Origin: Naegleria gruberi
Taxonomy: Eukaryota
Reading direction: 5' to 3' (one strand)
Assembly (NCBI GenBank): GCA_000004985.1
Contig: GG738882.1
DNA length: 64,000 bases
The translations under genes and the position numbers were made by a program. Shown piece by piece: positions 10,601-25,600 of the stretch (positions are counted from its first letter, which is position 1; each line of letters begins with the position of its first letter). Under the pieces are notes generated by a model. It saw nothing but the letters and a program-made list of their open reading frames with translations. It did not search any database and was not told the origin of the DNA.

Positions 10601-13600
10601 TGTAACTTCAAATTTGACTGTCTTGACAGTTTGCTCTTGAGAGAATGAGCTCTTTACTGTAACTTGAACCAAATAAGAACCAACACTAAGAGTTTCTGCT
10701 GTGAATGAAACACCAGAGCTAGTAACTGAAGCGAGGAGATTATCAACCTTTTCATCATCATCTGGGGTTGGAGCTTCAATGTTTGTCCAAGAGAAGAGAA
10801 GCTTTCTTCTATCCAAAGATACAGAACCAGATGCATCCAAATAGATACTACCACAAGCCTTTGAGATGGATGCCTTGTCAGTAGTCAATACAGCAGCAGG
10901 AGCAATACTTTGATATTCCTTCTTATTAACAAGAACATCTTCTGTTTCTTCACTATCAAGATAACTTCTGAACTTTAAGGTATCTCCAATATTAATTGTA
11001 GCCATAGAACCGAGGACAATTTGGAATACATTCTTTTCGTTAAAGATACAAACAGGATTGGATCCCAATGAATCAACATTGGCAATAACACTAGAACACT
11101 TGATTCTCTTCTTGATTGGTGTGAAAATTGTACCAACAATAGAGTCACCCTTTTCAGTGAAACCAAATGTTGTTTCATCAACCTTATAATCACACTTATC
11201 ACCGTACCAACCTGGTAAACAAGATTCACAGCTGGCACCAATTGAATTACCTTGACATGAGCATGTACCATCCTTATTACAAGTACCCTTTGAATTACAA
11301 TTAACTGAAGCAGAACAAGCAATTTGACAATTATCACCAACATAACCATCCTTACAAGTATTACAGAATTCTCCTACCCAATTGCTACCAGCACTACAGA
11401 CACACTTGAATTCAGAATTACAAGTACCATGACTATTACAAGTAAATTCATCAGAACATGTTCTTTCTAAACATCCTTCACCAGTGTATGCAGGAGTACA
11501 AATTGAACAATACTTTTGAGGGTCATAATTTCCACTACATGAACAAACACCGGATGAAATACATTTACCCTTAGAAGAACAAACAAATGAAGTGTTGGAA
11601 CGGTCAATACCATCACACTTAAAGTTTTGACAACTTGATCCATCATAACCATCATTACATTTACAAACTGGAACACCATTTTCAGCAACACAACTACCTC
11701 TACCACCACAAACACTCTTATCAGTTGCGGTAATACCATTACAAATTGCAATATCACATGTTGGACCAGTAAATCCATTCTTACATTTATCACAATAAGT
11801 ACCAGCAAAATTACCCAAACAAGAACAAGTATTTGGTGAAACACATTGACCACGGAATGAACAGCCACCTTCAGTTTCAGTCTTACCATTACAAGTTGGT
11901 GTAGAACAGTCATAACCTGAATAACCATTTTGACATTTACACAAGTTAGGAGAATCACAGGTACCCTTTGATGAACAAGCATCAGAAGCAGTACTTTCCT
12001 TTCCGTAACAGATTGGAGATTGACAATAACTTCCTGTATAACCTTGCTTACATGAACAAGTATCTTGATCAACACATGAACCCTTACCAGAACAAACTCC
12101 AGTTGCAGAGTATTCCTTTCCAAAACATGTAGTATTTGGTGGTAAATAACTGCCATAGTAACAATTTGAGGTTGGCAATGTGGAACAATCAGTTGTGAAC
12201 AAGTCAGGATGAGTAACTTCATTGTTGAGAATAATAGAGCAAACACCTGAACACCATTGCTTTTCTTCTGGAACACCCAAAGCTGAAGGATTACATGGAG
12301 TGAATGATTGATAGCACAAGAATTTCTTAATGGCTGCTTTACAATCGTCTCCACATTCAAGACCTCTACTCTCAACTTGTTTCAATACTTCAGAGTAGTT
12401 AGTACTGGTAGTTTGATCCAATTTCAACAAATTAGCAACAATCATGGTCTTGGCTTCAACGGCATTAGTGGCACCTACTGCAAAATTAGTATTCTTAATA
12501 CTGTACTTGACATGAGCCTTACAGAATGGAACGGATACAGATGGAGCAGAAATACAAGCTGGAGTGAGTGTGTAAATATTACATTCATCACCATAGTATT
12601 CTGGAGGACAAACACGCTTACATTTACCACTTGTCATTGAATAACCAGAAATACAAGATGAACATGGTTGACTAGTATTAGTAGTGAGATAGCCAGTGTT
12701 ACAGATACAAGTTGTAGTTGATGATGTAGTATCAACATATTGACATACACCTTGTCCACAACCATTCTTACAAACTGGATCAGTTCTTACACAGGTACCA
12801 AACTTGTTGACATAACCTGCTGATGTAGAACAAGAGCAACCAGTGGTTGCCTTGGAGAAACCTAACAATGAATTACAAACACAAACACCTGCCTTGGAAA
12901 GATAACCTTGAGTGGTATCACAATAGCATGATCCTTCATTGTCTGGCAAGTAACCCAAATCAGCATTACAGACACAAGCGTTTGAAACATTGACCAAACC
13001 AACTGGACAAGCAGTACATGGATTTGTACTGTCAACAGTGATAAACTTATTTCTACATTCACAATATCCAATAGTGGTATTAGTCTTGAAGAAACAATCA
13101 CCATTTGATCCACAATTCAAATCACACTTGACAAGAGGAGTAATACATTGACCATCCTTTAGAGTTAATCCTTCTTTACAGACACATCCTCCGGAAACTT
13201 CATCAGAAACAAATCCAAGTGAGCTATCACAGACACATTTTCCATCAGAGAGAACAAATCCAGATTTACACTTTTGACAATTTGAGCCAGCAAAGTTATT
13301 GAAACAATTACAGAGTTGGTTACCCTTAGCGTCCTTAGTACATTCACCATTAGCACCACAATTCAAAACGCATGGTTTAACTTCACAGAGTGAACCGCTA
13401 TAATTATCAGTACAATTACAATAGGCAGTTCCTGTTGTGTTGACACAAGTACCATGTTGACAATCGAGAGTACATGGAGCAATGGTACATTGAGTTCCCT
13501 TGAATCCTTGATAACAAGTGCAAGTATCAATTCCACTACAGCTTCCCATTCCTGAACAAACTGAAACATTATTCATTGAAATTCCGTAGCAGGTANNNNN

Positions 13601-16600
13601 NNNNNNNNNNNNNNNNNNNNNNNNNNNNNNNNNNNNNNNNNNNNNNNNNNNNNNNNNNNNNNNNNNNNNNNNNNNNNNNNNNNNNNNNNNNNNNNNNNNN
13701 NNNNNNNNNNNNNNNNNNNNNNNNNNNNNNNNNNNNNNNNNNNNNNNNNNNNNNNNNNNNNNNNNNNNNNNNNNNNNNNNNNNNNNNNNNNNNNNNNNNN
13801 NNNNNNNNNNNNNNNNNNNNNNNNNNNNNNNNNNNNNNNNNNNNNNNNNNNNNNNNNNNNNNNNNNNNNNNNNNNNNNNNNNNNNNNNNNNNNNNNNNNN
13901 NNNNNNNNNNNNNNNNNNNNNNNNNNNNNNNNNNNNNNNNNNNNNNNNNNNNNNNNNNNNNNNNNNNNNNNNNNNNNNNNNNNNNNNNNNNNNNNNNNNN
14001 NNNNNNNNNNNNNNNNNNNNNNNNNNNNNNNNNNNNNNNNNNNNNNNNNNNNNNNNNNNNNNNNNNNNNNNNNNNNNNNNNNNNNNNNNNNNNNNNNNNN
14101 NNNNNNNNNNNNNNNNNNNNNNNNNNNNNNNNNNNNNNNNNNNNNNNNNNNNNNNNNNNNNNNNNNNNNNNNNNNNNNNNNNNNNNNNNNNNNNNNNNNN
14201 NNNNNNNNNNNNNNNNNNNNNNNNNNNNNNNNNNNNNNNNNNNNNNNNNNNNNNNNNNNNNNNNNNNNNNNNNNNNNNNNNNNNNNNNNNNNNNNNNNNN
14301 NNNNNNNNNNNNNNNNNNNNNNNNNNNNNNNNNNNNNNNNNNNNNNNNNNNNNNNNNNNNNNNNNNNNNNNNNNNNNNNNNNNNNNNNNNNNNNNNNNNN
14401 NNNNNNNNNNNNNNNNNNNNNNNNNNNNNNNNNNNNNNNNNNNNNNNNNNNNNNNNNNNNNNNNNNNNNNNNNNNNNNNNNNNNNNNNNNNNNNNNNNNN
14501 NNNNNNNNNNNNNNNNNNNNNNNNNNNNNNNNNNNNNNNNNNNNNNNNNNNNNNNNNNNNNNNNNNNNNNNNNNNNNNNNNNNNNNNNNNNNNNNNNNNN
14601 NNNNNNNNNNNNNNNNNNNNNNNNNNNNNNNNNNNNNNNNNTTTGACAAGTACAATTATTTGGGGATGAGCAAAAACCTTTTCCTGAACAAACATTTCGA
14701 TCATTGTAGAGAGAAATTGAACAGTTGTGGAATTGACAATTCTCACCATAATATCCATCTTGACATGTACAATTATTTGGAAGTGCACATAAACCATGAC
14801 CACTACAAACCAATGAAGAAGTTGATGGAATAGAGGAACAGTTAAATAATTTACAAGTTTCTCCATAATAGTCCAATTGACATTCACACTTATTTGGTTG
14901 AGAACATTTACCATTACCAGAACAAGCTGATGAATCATCATAACGTACAGATGAACAATTATACAATTCACAATTATTTCCATAATAGCCTGCATTACAT
15001 TTACAAGTATCTAAATCAACACATGAACCATGGCTGGAACAAACATCTCTTGAATCAGCATAGGTGTTATCACAACTTGGAATTTCACAATTATTTCCCT
15101 TAAATCCACCGTTACACTCACAAACATCAATATCAGTACATTTACCATTACCACTACAAACCATAGTAGAATTTGATGGAACAGATTTACAATTATACAC
15201 TTCACATGACTTTCCATAATAACCACCCTCACAAGAACATTGATTTGGAGCAATACAAGGACCTCTTGATGAACATACAGAATTTTCATTCTTGTAAGTG
15301 CCATAACAATCAAATTGAGAACAATCCTTGCCATAGTATCCTTCTTTACATGAACATTGATCTGGAGCAATGCAGCTTCCCAAACCAGAACATACAAGTT
15401 TGTCATCTGAAACAATGCCGAAACACTTTGGTTTTTCACAAGCAGTACCAGAGTAGATTGCTTCAAAGGTAGAATTTCCAGATTGGAAGCAAACCTTTCC
15501 AGCATAATTGAACAATGCTAATACACCATCATTTTCAAGAACCAAAGTAAATGGATGACTAATTCCAGAGTCAGAACATGTTACAAATTTGTTAGGAGAG
15601 TATCTAACATCAGATCCATCTTTTGGTGATTCACCAATGAACAATAATTGACCAAGAGCTGAGACTTCAATACGAACATTATTAGCCTCAACATTCCATT
15701 CACTAACAACTTCTCCAGTTGAAACCTTCTTAATCTTGATGTAGGTTAATTCAACAAGGAGTACATATTGTCCATTATTAGAAACCAATGAAGAATTTCC
15801 ATTCACAGCCACAACATTCAAAGCACTTGAAATGAATGAATTGCTTGAATTGAAACCACCACAAGAACAAGTACTTGGTGAAACGCAGAAACCTTGTCCA
15901 GAGCAAACTTGGGCATCATTATTGAAAACGCCAGAACATGTAAAGACTGCACAGGATTCACCTTCAAAACCAGCTTTACAGGAACAATTGTTATGGGAAA
16001 GACACTTGCCATTTCCGCTACATGCAGAATTATCGAGTGAATTGACATTGAAACAGTCGAACTTTTCACATTGTTCACCATATTCATTGTTCAAACATTT
16101 ACAACTGTTCGGAGCTGTACAAACACCTTTACCTGAAGTACAAGCTTTGGAATCATCAAAGGAAAGACCGAAACATTCGTATTTTTCACATTTAACACCA
16201 TAATATCCTTCAGGGCAAGAACAATTATCTGGTGAAATACATGAACCAACTCTGGAGCATGGTGATTCACTGACAGAAATATTGTAACAATAGTAATTTT
16301 CACAACGATCTCCAGAATATCCTGGTTGACAAAGACACGAGTTAGGACTATCGCACACTCCATGGCCTGAACAAACAGTGCTATTGGAGCTTGAAAGAGC
16401 GTAACAATCATGGAATTGGCATTCAGGTCCATAATATCCGTCTAAACATTCACATTTTCCAGGTTGAGTACAGTTACCATTTCTAGAACAAGCATTGACA
16501 TCACCAGCAGCAAAGTTGTAACATTGTGGAATATTACAATTCGATCCACTATAATGCAAAGAGTCAGTTGAGTTGAATTCTACACTGGCAAAACAAACTG

Positions 16601-19600
16601 AACCCATAATATTGTAAACAACTAGGGAACCATCGTTTTGCAATACCATCCTGAATGGAGCAGTAGAAGAGCTACAAACAGGAACAAAATCTGGAACATA
16701 TTTGACAGCACTAGTAGTGTTATCCTTTTCTAAAATTCCGTTGAATGTAACGATGCCACTATTTGAAATTTCAATAGTGATATTATTGAATAGGAAATCC
16801 CACTTCTTAGCAACCACACCAGACATGGCATTTTCGATAGAAACAAAGTTAGTTCCAATCGAAAGCAAATACTTTCCATTGGCTGACTTTAAGGTTTGAC
16901 CTTCTTCCAAGACAATGCTGGAATGATTGGTTGAAATACTGTTATCAGCAGAGAGATCCAAACACAAACAAGTATCAATATCTTTACACAAACCTCTTCC
17001 TTCACAAACATTTGGATCACTATTCAAAACACCATTACACTTGTAATTATTACACATTTCGCCTTCATAAGATTTCTTACATTGACAAACGTTTGGAGAA
17101 ATACATTGACCAAAACCACTGCAAGTAGAAGGACTCTTTGAATCGACACCAAAGCAATCATATTTTTCACATTCAACACCATAGTATCCACTCTTGCATT
17201 TACAATTATTTGGACTCTTACATTCACCATTTAATGAACATGATTCATTGCTTGATTTACCATAACAGTAATAGGTTTCACACATCTGGCCAGAGTATCC
17301 TTCATGGCAAGAGCAATTATCATGAGCAATGCATTTACCAGACGAAGAGCAAACTGTTCCCTGCTCAGCATCAATATCAAAACAAGAGTAAATGGAACAA
17401 TCACTGCCTCCATATCCACTTTCACAAGAACAGTTATTAGGAGAAATACATGATCCTCTGGAGGAACATACAGAGCTGTCACTCATTAAAATACCATTAC
17501 AGTCATAGTGCTGACAATATGCTCCATAATATCCTTCTTCACATGAGCAATTATTAGATGAAGAGCACACACCATGTGATGAGCAAGCCATTGAGCTGTT
17601 AGAAAGTACTCCATAGCAAACTGGAATTTCACAAACAGCACCTCCATAGAGTTGACTGAATTGAGTTTGATTACTTGATTGATAACAAATATCACCTCTA
17701 GAATTGAACAATAACAATGTTCCTAAATCATCAAGAACCAATTTGTAATAAGAAGAAACTTTCCAATTCTTGCATTCTTCTGATTGGAATTGTCCAATAA
17801 TCAGAACGCCCCTATCACTAACATAAATGCTAGAAGCTTCCCAAGAGGAAATGACAGCACCATTACTAGTATCAACAATGATTGTAGAGTTTTCAGTGAT
17901 ATTCAATTGGAATTTTCCATTGGAAGAAATCAAAACTGATTCAAAAACTGATGTTGCATTATTTAGCAAGTAACTATTAGAGGAAGAAAGCCAATTACAT
18001 GAACATTCATCTTGAGCAACACAGAAGCCATGTCCAGAGCAAATATTACTATCATTATTAGCGATTCCACCACAAGAATATATTTCACAATTTTCACCAT
18101 AATAACCTGGTTGACATTTACAACTATTAGGGGCAGCACATTGTCCACGAGCTCCACAAACATCAGCCATTGATTTTTCAATACCACCACAATCATAGAA
18201 TTGACAATTATTTCCATAGTAACCATCTGCACATTCNNNNNNNNNNNNNNNNNNNNNNNNNNNNNNNNNNNNNNNNNNNNNNNNNNNNNNNNNNNNNNNN
18301 NNNNNNNNNNNNNNNNNNNNNNNNNNNNNNNNNNNNNNNNNNNNNNNNNNNNNNNNNNNNNNNNNNNNNNNNNNNNNNNNNNNNNNNNNNNNNNNNNNNN
18401 NNNNNNNNNNNNNNNNNNNNNNNNNNNNNNNNNNNNNNNNNNNNNNNNNNNNNNNNNNNNNNNNNNNNNNNNNNNNNNNNNNNNNNNNNNNNNNNNNACT
18501 TGTGGTACAGTAATAGAGTTCACAATTCAAACCTTGGTATCCATCTTTACATTTACATACATTTGGTTCAGAACAGTTACCCATTCCAGAACAAACACTT
18601 GGTTTCAATCTAGAAATACCATCACAATCAAAGATGTTACATTCATCTCCATAGTAGGATTGAGAACAAACACAGGTATCTGGAGCAACACATGAACCAC
18701 TTCCTGAACAAACCTTCGAATCATTGAATTCAATGCCATAACAGAGAGGAGTATTACAAATTTCACCACCATATTGAATCGTGAATTTTACATTTTCATC
18801 AGCATTGGTTTCAAAACAAATATCACCTACAGGTCCGTAAGTAATAAGTTTACCATTATTTTGAAGAACAAATCTATATGGATGACCAATTTGACTATTT
18901 GCACATTCTTGATTGAGGGTAACATTATCACCAAGAGAAAGAATACCCAAATCAGAAATTAGTAAAGCCAGTGAATCAGAACTATTTGTCTTGAATTCAT
19001 AAACAATAGAACCAGTAAGAGTATTTTCAACTCTTAAGGAATCAGTAGTGATGAAAGCTCTATAATTTCCATTATTGGAAACAATTGAAGTATTCATTGA
19101 GAGAACAAGATTGTTTTCCAATGATGAAATAATAGTATTGTTCTCAGAAGCATCAATGCAGGTACATGTGTCAATTGCAGAACAAATACCTCTTCTTGAA
19201 CAAACAGATGAATCAGTGTTTGGTAGTCCTTGACAGGTGAACGTCAAACATTGATCTCCAGTGTATCCAGCAGTGCAATTACAAGTATTTGGTGAAACAC
19301 ATGAACCGTGACGTCCACAGACTTCACTAGAGTTAAAGGCTATACCATAACAATCGTGGTTTTCACAATTATTGCCATAGTAACCATTTTGGCATTTACA
19401 ATTATTTGGAGCCACACATGATCCCATTCCAGAGCAAACATTTGATTCATTCTTGTGAATTCCGTCACATTCAAAATGTTCACACTCATTTCCGTAATAT
19501 CCATTCAAGCATGAACAATTGTTTGGAGCAGAACATGATCCAAATGAAGAACAAACTGTCGAAGCTTTCAAAATCTTTCCATAACAATCATAATTTTCAC

Positions 19601-22600
19601 AATTTTCACCATAATATCCATTTTGACATTGGCACTTATTTGGTTGAGAACATGAACCTTTTCCAGAACAAACTGAGGCATCTGAGAAGACAACTCCTGA
19701 ACATTTGTGATATTGACATTCAGCACCATAGTAACCTTCTTGGCATTCACAAGTGTTTGGAGCAACACAAGAACCAAATCCTGAACAAACATTTGTATCA
19801 TTTGGAAGTTTAGAATAACAAACTTGAGCATTACATTTTTCTCCACCATAGTATTGTGTAATATTTACACTTTCACCAGTACTTTCGAAACATTTAATAC
19901 CACTAGCAGAGTACAAAACCAAAGAACCATCATCAACCAATTGTAATCTGAAAGGATGATCAAAGATATTGCACTTTGTGTTATCATTCAAAGTGAATGA
20001 GGCTCCCTTAGATTCGTAGGTACGATTACCATAGACAGTAATGACACCTTGAGTTGAAATTTCCAATGTTTGATTAATCAAGGAAGTTCTCCATTGTGAA
20101 ACAATTCTTCCACTAACATGTTCAACTCTAAGGAATTCATAACCGAAGGATAATGCGTATTTTCCATTAGCTGAGGTGAGAGTGCTAATACCTTCCTCAA
20201 TAGCAACATTGGATTTAGCAGAACTCATAAATGTACTGTTTTCTGTAAAGTCTTTACAAGAACAAGTATTAATTGAGGAACATATACCACTTCCAGAACA
20301 AACCTCAGAGTCAATATTTTGAACACCAAAGCATTCATAAGCTTGACAAGCATTTCCAGAGTATCCGTTATTACATTGACAATTGTCAGGAGAAGTACAT
20401 TTACCAAAACCGCTACAAGCATCAGTAGAATTGAAAACTTGATTGAAACACTTGTACCATTCACAATTATTTCCATAGTACCCCTTATCACAAGTACAAG
20501 AATCTGGTTTCAAACATGAGCCCTTTCTTTTACAAACTGAGGATTCATTGAATGCAACTCCATAACATTCAAAATAGTCACAATTTACACCACTATAGCC
20601 ACTATTACATGAACATTTGTTTGCAGAATCACATGAACCGTTTCCAGAACAAGCTGATGTTTCGTTATATAATACTCCAAAACATTCATAGAGTTCACAA
20701 TTTGCTCCACTATATCCTTGTTGACAAGTGCAGTTATTGAGAGAAACACAATCACCTCTTCCAGAGCATACTGATGAATTGACATTAATAATTCCAGAAC
20801 AAGTGTGATATTGACATTTATCACCAGTAAATCCTTCAGCACAGTTACACTTATTGACTGCAATACAAGAACCACTTGAGCTACACACATACGGATTTGT
20901 AGCCATCAAACCATGGCAAACTGGAGCATCACAATTGATGCCTCTATAACCAGCATTGGCTGCATTAGAAATGGATGATTCACTATTGTTAGTAGACCAA
21001 CAAAGTCCACTTTCTGAAATCAGTTCTAAACCAAAATCACTCAAGAATAGTCTGACTGTGCCAGATTCAGTACAACTGGCAATTGTATCTGTTTTTTGAC
21101 TAGTTACAATAATGAGAGAGTTACCACTTAATCTTAAATTTGGTTGGGAATTGTATGACCATTGTTTTCTAACTTCCATAGTAGCTGTTTCAATAACAGA
21201 AACGTTATATTTACCAACAAGTAATTGTAAGATTTGGTTTGGTGATCTTAATGTGCTGTTTTCACTCAAAACAACATTGTCATTACTAGTAATAATTGAT
21301 TCAGGAGTAATGTCCATACAAACACAAGAATCTGGTGCTGAACATACACCCCTACCTCCACAAACACTTGTGGTATTACTCTTATTGATTCCATTACAAT
21401 AATAGGTATTACAATTGCTACCACTATATCCTTGTTGGCAGTTACATGTATCTGGAGAATTACATGAACCATGATTACTGCAAACTCCATTCGTATTATA
21501 AGGAATATTGAAGCAATTATAGCTTGAACATTGCTGACCATAATAATTATTATTACATTGACATTTTTCTGGAGATTGACATGCACCCCTACCTGAACAA
21601 ACAGTAGCAGTATTCTTGAAACTAGTTCCAAAGCAATTATAATTTTCACATTGTAAGCCATAATATCCTTGTTGACATACACAGTTATCAGGACTAGAAC
21701 AAGTACCCCTTGATGAACAAGCTGAAGAAGAAGAATGGGAAACACCATAACAGGAGAAAGTTTCACAATTAGGACCAGAATATCCAGTATTACAAGTGCA
21801 GTTATCTGGTGAAGTACATGATCCTTTTCCTGAACACACAGATGCATTAGTATATAACACTCCATTGCATGTGTATTTTTCGCAATCAATACCAGTGTAT
21901 CCTGTATTACATATACAGTTGGCATTTTTACATGATCCATGTTTAGAACACACTCCTATATTATTTTCTCCTAGTGTATTACAATAGAAATTGGTACACT
22001 CTGCCCCACCTACTGAGCTAAGCAAATTTTGGTATAAGGCAGTACAAATATTACCTAGAGGATTTGCTATAACCAAGTTACCAGTATTGTCAATTACTAG
22101 ATAGAATATAGATTTATCCTTGCAAGAATATACACTTGGAGCTGATGATGTAATTGCCACAGTTTCGTGATGTCTTAAAACGCTAGGATAATTATCCAAG
22201 TAGAGGTAACCATCATAGCTGTCTATTTGAAGTGCAATGCTTCCAAATTTTTCAAGAATTAATGCACCATTAGAGGTATATAATTTGTGTCTTCCATTAG
22301 GAGATATTAAGGAAATATCAGGTTTGCTAATTCTTCCTGGGTTAATTACGAATGAATTGGTTGAAGTAATCTTTGCTTTTGAACAGTCACATTCACCAGG
22401 AGAGACACAAAATCCATTTGAGCTACAAGAAGTATTTGAAGTGGACAATTCATTGTAACAATAATAGTCAGCACAAGTACTTCCACTATATCCAGCCTTA
22501 CAAACACAGTTATCTGGTGAAGTACAAGAACCATGGCCGGAACACACAGATGCATCACTGTTTAAAACGCCATCACATGTGAACTTTTCGCAATTAGTTC

Positions 22601-25600
22601 CAAAATAACCACCGCTACAAGTACAAGCTCCTTCTGAACAATTACCTTGACCTGAACAGACACTACGACTGGTCTCCAGTACTCCATTACATTTAGTCAA
22701 TTCACAATCTGTACCTGCATATACATTTAACACTGCAAGGTTGATTGCAGAACAAATATAAGATCCTTGATAAACAACCAAGTTTCCAGTATTTTCTAGT
22801 ACAAGCGTATATTGAGAATTACGATCACAAGAATAAGAAGTAGAAGTAAGAGAGGTAATAGTTAACTGTTGATGAACATCGGACAACACAAGCAAATGAT
22901 CAGAAACATATAAATATTTGTTGTCTGTAGCCTGCTTGAAAAGAAATTGTTGAATTGTTTCACCTTTTCGTTTCAAGTCAAAGGATTGAGTTCCTGATTG
23001 GAATTTGTATTTTTCATTTGTGGAAGTGAGTGCAAAATCTGAATACTGGTTACCATGGCTCATTTTGTAATGGTTTTGATTGACGCCACCTATTAGCTTT
23101 AGTGTGCTACATTCACATTTATCAATATCATAACATTGGCCATTACCTGAACATGAAAGAGGAGATGAGTAGAGAACTCCACTACAGTGGTAATCAGAAC
23201 ACCATGTGCCACTGTATCCTGTTTTACATGAACATGTATTCTTATCAATGCAAGAACCATGTCCTGAACACACACTAGTAGAGGTATTTAAAATGTTATT
23301 ACAAGTGTACAAGTGACATTCAATACCTCCTAACCCAGTTGGACAAGTGCAACTTTCTGTACTGTCACATTTTCCAATACCACCACAGACAGTAGGGTCT
23401 GAATGGTTCTTTCCATTGCAGTACCAATTGTCACAAGTAGGTCCCGAATATCCATATTGACAATGACAAGTATCAGGAGCAAAACAGTAACCTTTGCGAC
23501 TGCAAACAGAACTATCGCTGTTTGCCTTTCCGTGACAATAATAGGTTCCACAGGTGGTTCCAGTATAGTTTGCCTTACATGTACACACATTTGGAGTTAA
23601 GCATTCTCCATTTCCATTGCAGGCATTACCATTTGTATCGAGTGGACATTTTGTAATTTCACAATAATCTCCAAAATAGCCATCCTCACACTTGCAAGAA
23701 TTTACGCCAATGCAAGTACCACGCGAACTACAAACGGATGAATTTGTTGGAGAAATTCCATTGCATGTAAATGTTTCACAGTTTGATCCATTAACCAAAG
23801 ATTGTGTGGTACTTTCTGCAACGTAATAACTATCTTTTGTTGATGCATAACATTTACTTCCATATCTATCTCTTGTAACCAATTGACCATTATTTTCAAG
23901 ATTCACCGTAAATGGATATCCATAACATGGATAAGTTTCCACCGTGTAAGGCATGTTTCCATAATCACCCTCAAAAGTAGGTTTTCCCAAAGCATCCAAA
24001 AAAAGTTTTGTTGAATAGTAATTATTATATATCGCCCAAATAACAGATCCTGTTTTGAGATTATAAACAAATGCGTTAGAATAATTTGGGAAACTGAATT
24101 TGTATTTTCCATTTGGTGAATACAAGGCAACACCAGAAGAATCAACTTGGAAAAAGGAATCTGACTTTGACAATGCGTAAGTTCGGGATTTAGTAGGTAC
24201 ATCAGCACATTTACATGTATCATAGCTAGTACAATAACCTTGTCCAGAACAGACTGCAGATAAATTGGTAGCACTTACTCCAAAACATGTGTAATTTTCA
24301 CATGCAATTCCTGAATGACCAAAGTTGCATTGACAATTATTTGGAGAAACACATTTACCATTATAAGAACACGAAATTGGCAATGAACTGTCATAGCCGT
24401 TACAAGCAAACTTTTCACATCTAGTGCCACTATAACCAGCTGTACAATTACAAGTATTTGGAGCAATACATTGACCTCCAGATGAACAAACTGTTGAGGA
24501 ATTCCAAGCAATACCAAAACATGCTTGTATTTCACAAGATTCTCCAATGTGACCATCTTTACATTGACATGTGTTTGGTTTAGTACATGAACCTAATCCA
24601 GAACAAACTGAACTATCGTTATGCTCGTATCCAAAACAGTCAAAATATTCACAAACATCTCCATAGTAACCTGGCAAACATGAACAATTGTTTGGTGATG
24701 TACATTGTCCATGTGCTGAACATACCGAACTATTGGTAGAGAAAATATTATTACACTCATACTTTTCACATGTAATTCCATAATATCCAGGTTGACATTG
24801 GCAATTATCAGGTTCAACACAAGTACCATGAGATGAGCAAACCAAAGATGAATCAAATGGAGTACCATAACAATTTGAAAGTTGGCAATTATTTCCAAAA
24901 TAGGAGGAATTAAATGTACTGTTTGAACCAGTTGAGTAACAAACATGTCCAAGATGATAATTAACTAGCAAGAGATCACCATTATTAGTGAGAACAATTC
25001 TGAATGATCCTCCAGCACAGTCTATTTCTCCAAAGAGTTTAGAAGCACTTTCTTCAGTTGCATTTATGGAAATATAACCATAAACCAAAACAGTACCATT
25101 GGAATCAACTTCAATTCTTTGATTCCAAAGACCAGTTGACCAAGTTTTCATAATACTGTTTCCAGAAGTTATCATAATTTTGTTGTCTTGAATAATGAAT
25201 TGATATTTTCCATTAAGGGAATACAATTCACTGCCGTTCATCATTACAGTAGAATTACCATCAAAATAGAATGAATTTCTCGATACAAAATCAAAACAGG
25301 TACACTTATTTGGAGAAATGCAAACACCCTTTCCAGAACAAACATTTTCATCGTTTCTATTCAAACCATCACATTCGAATTCAGTGCAATTATCTCCGTA
25401 ATATCCTGTATTACATTGACAAGTATCAACTGCAATACATGAGGCAAAAGCTGGACAAGCATCAGGTGAGAATCTCGAAATACCGTTACATGCCCATTCT
25501 TGACAATTACTACCAGAATATCCTGGCTTACATTCACAGTTATCAACATGAGTACAATTACCAAAACCAGAACAAACCATACTCGAATTTGCACTCACTC

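Noticed and set aside
13573-14655. ORFs 13573..14655(-), 13576..14646(+), 18170..18613(+) and 18201..18695(+) translated mostly as X
   Set aside because: They span N-runs (assembly gaps). They are artefacts of translating unknown bases, not genes.
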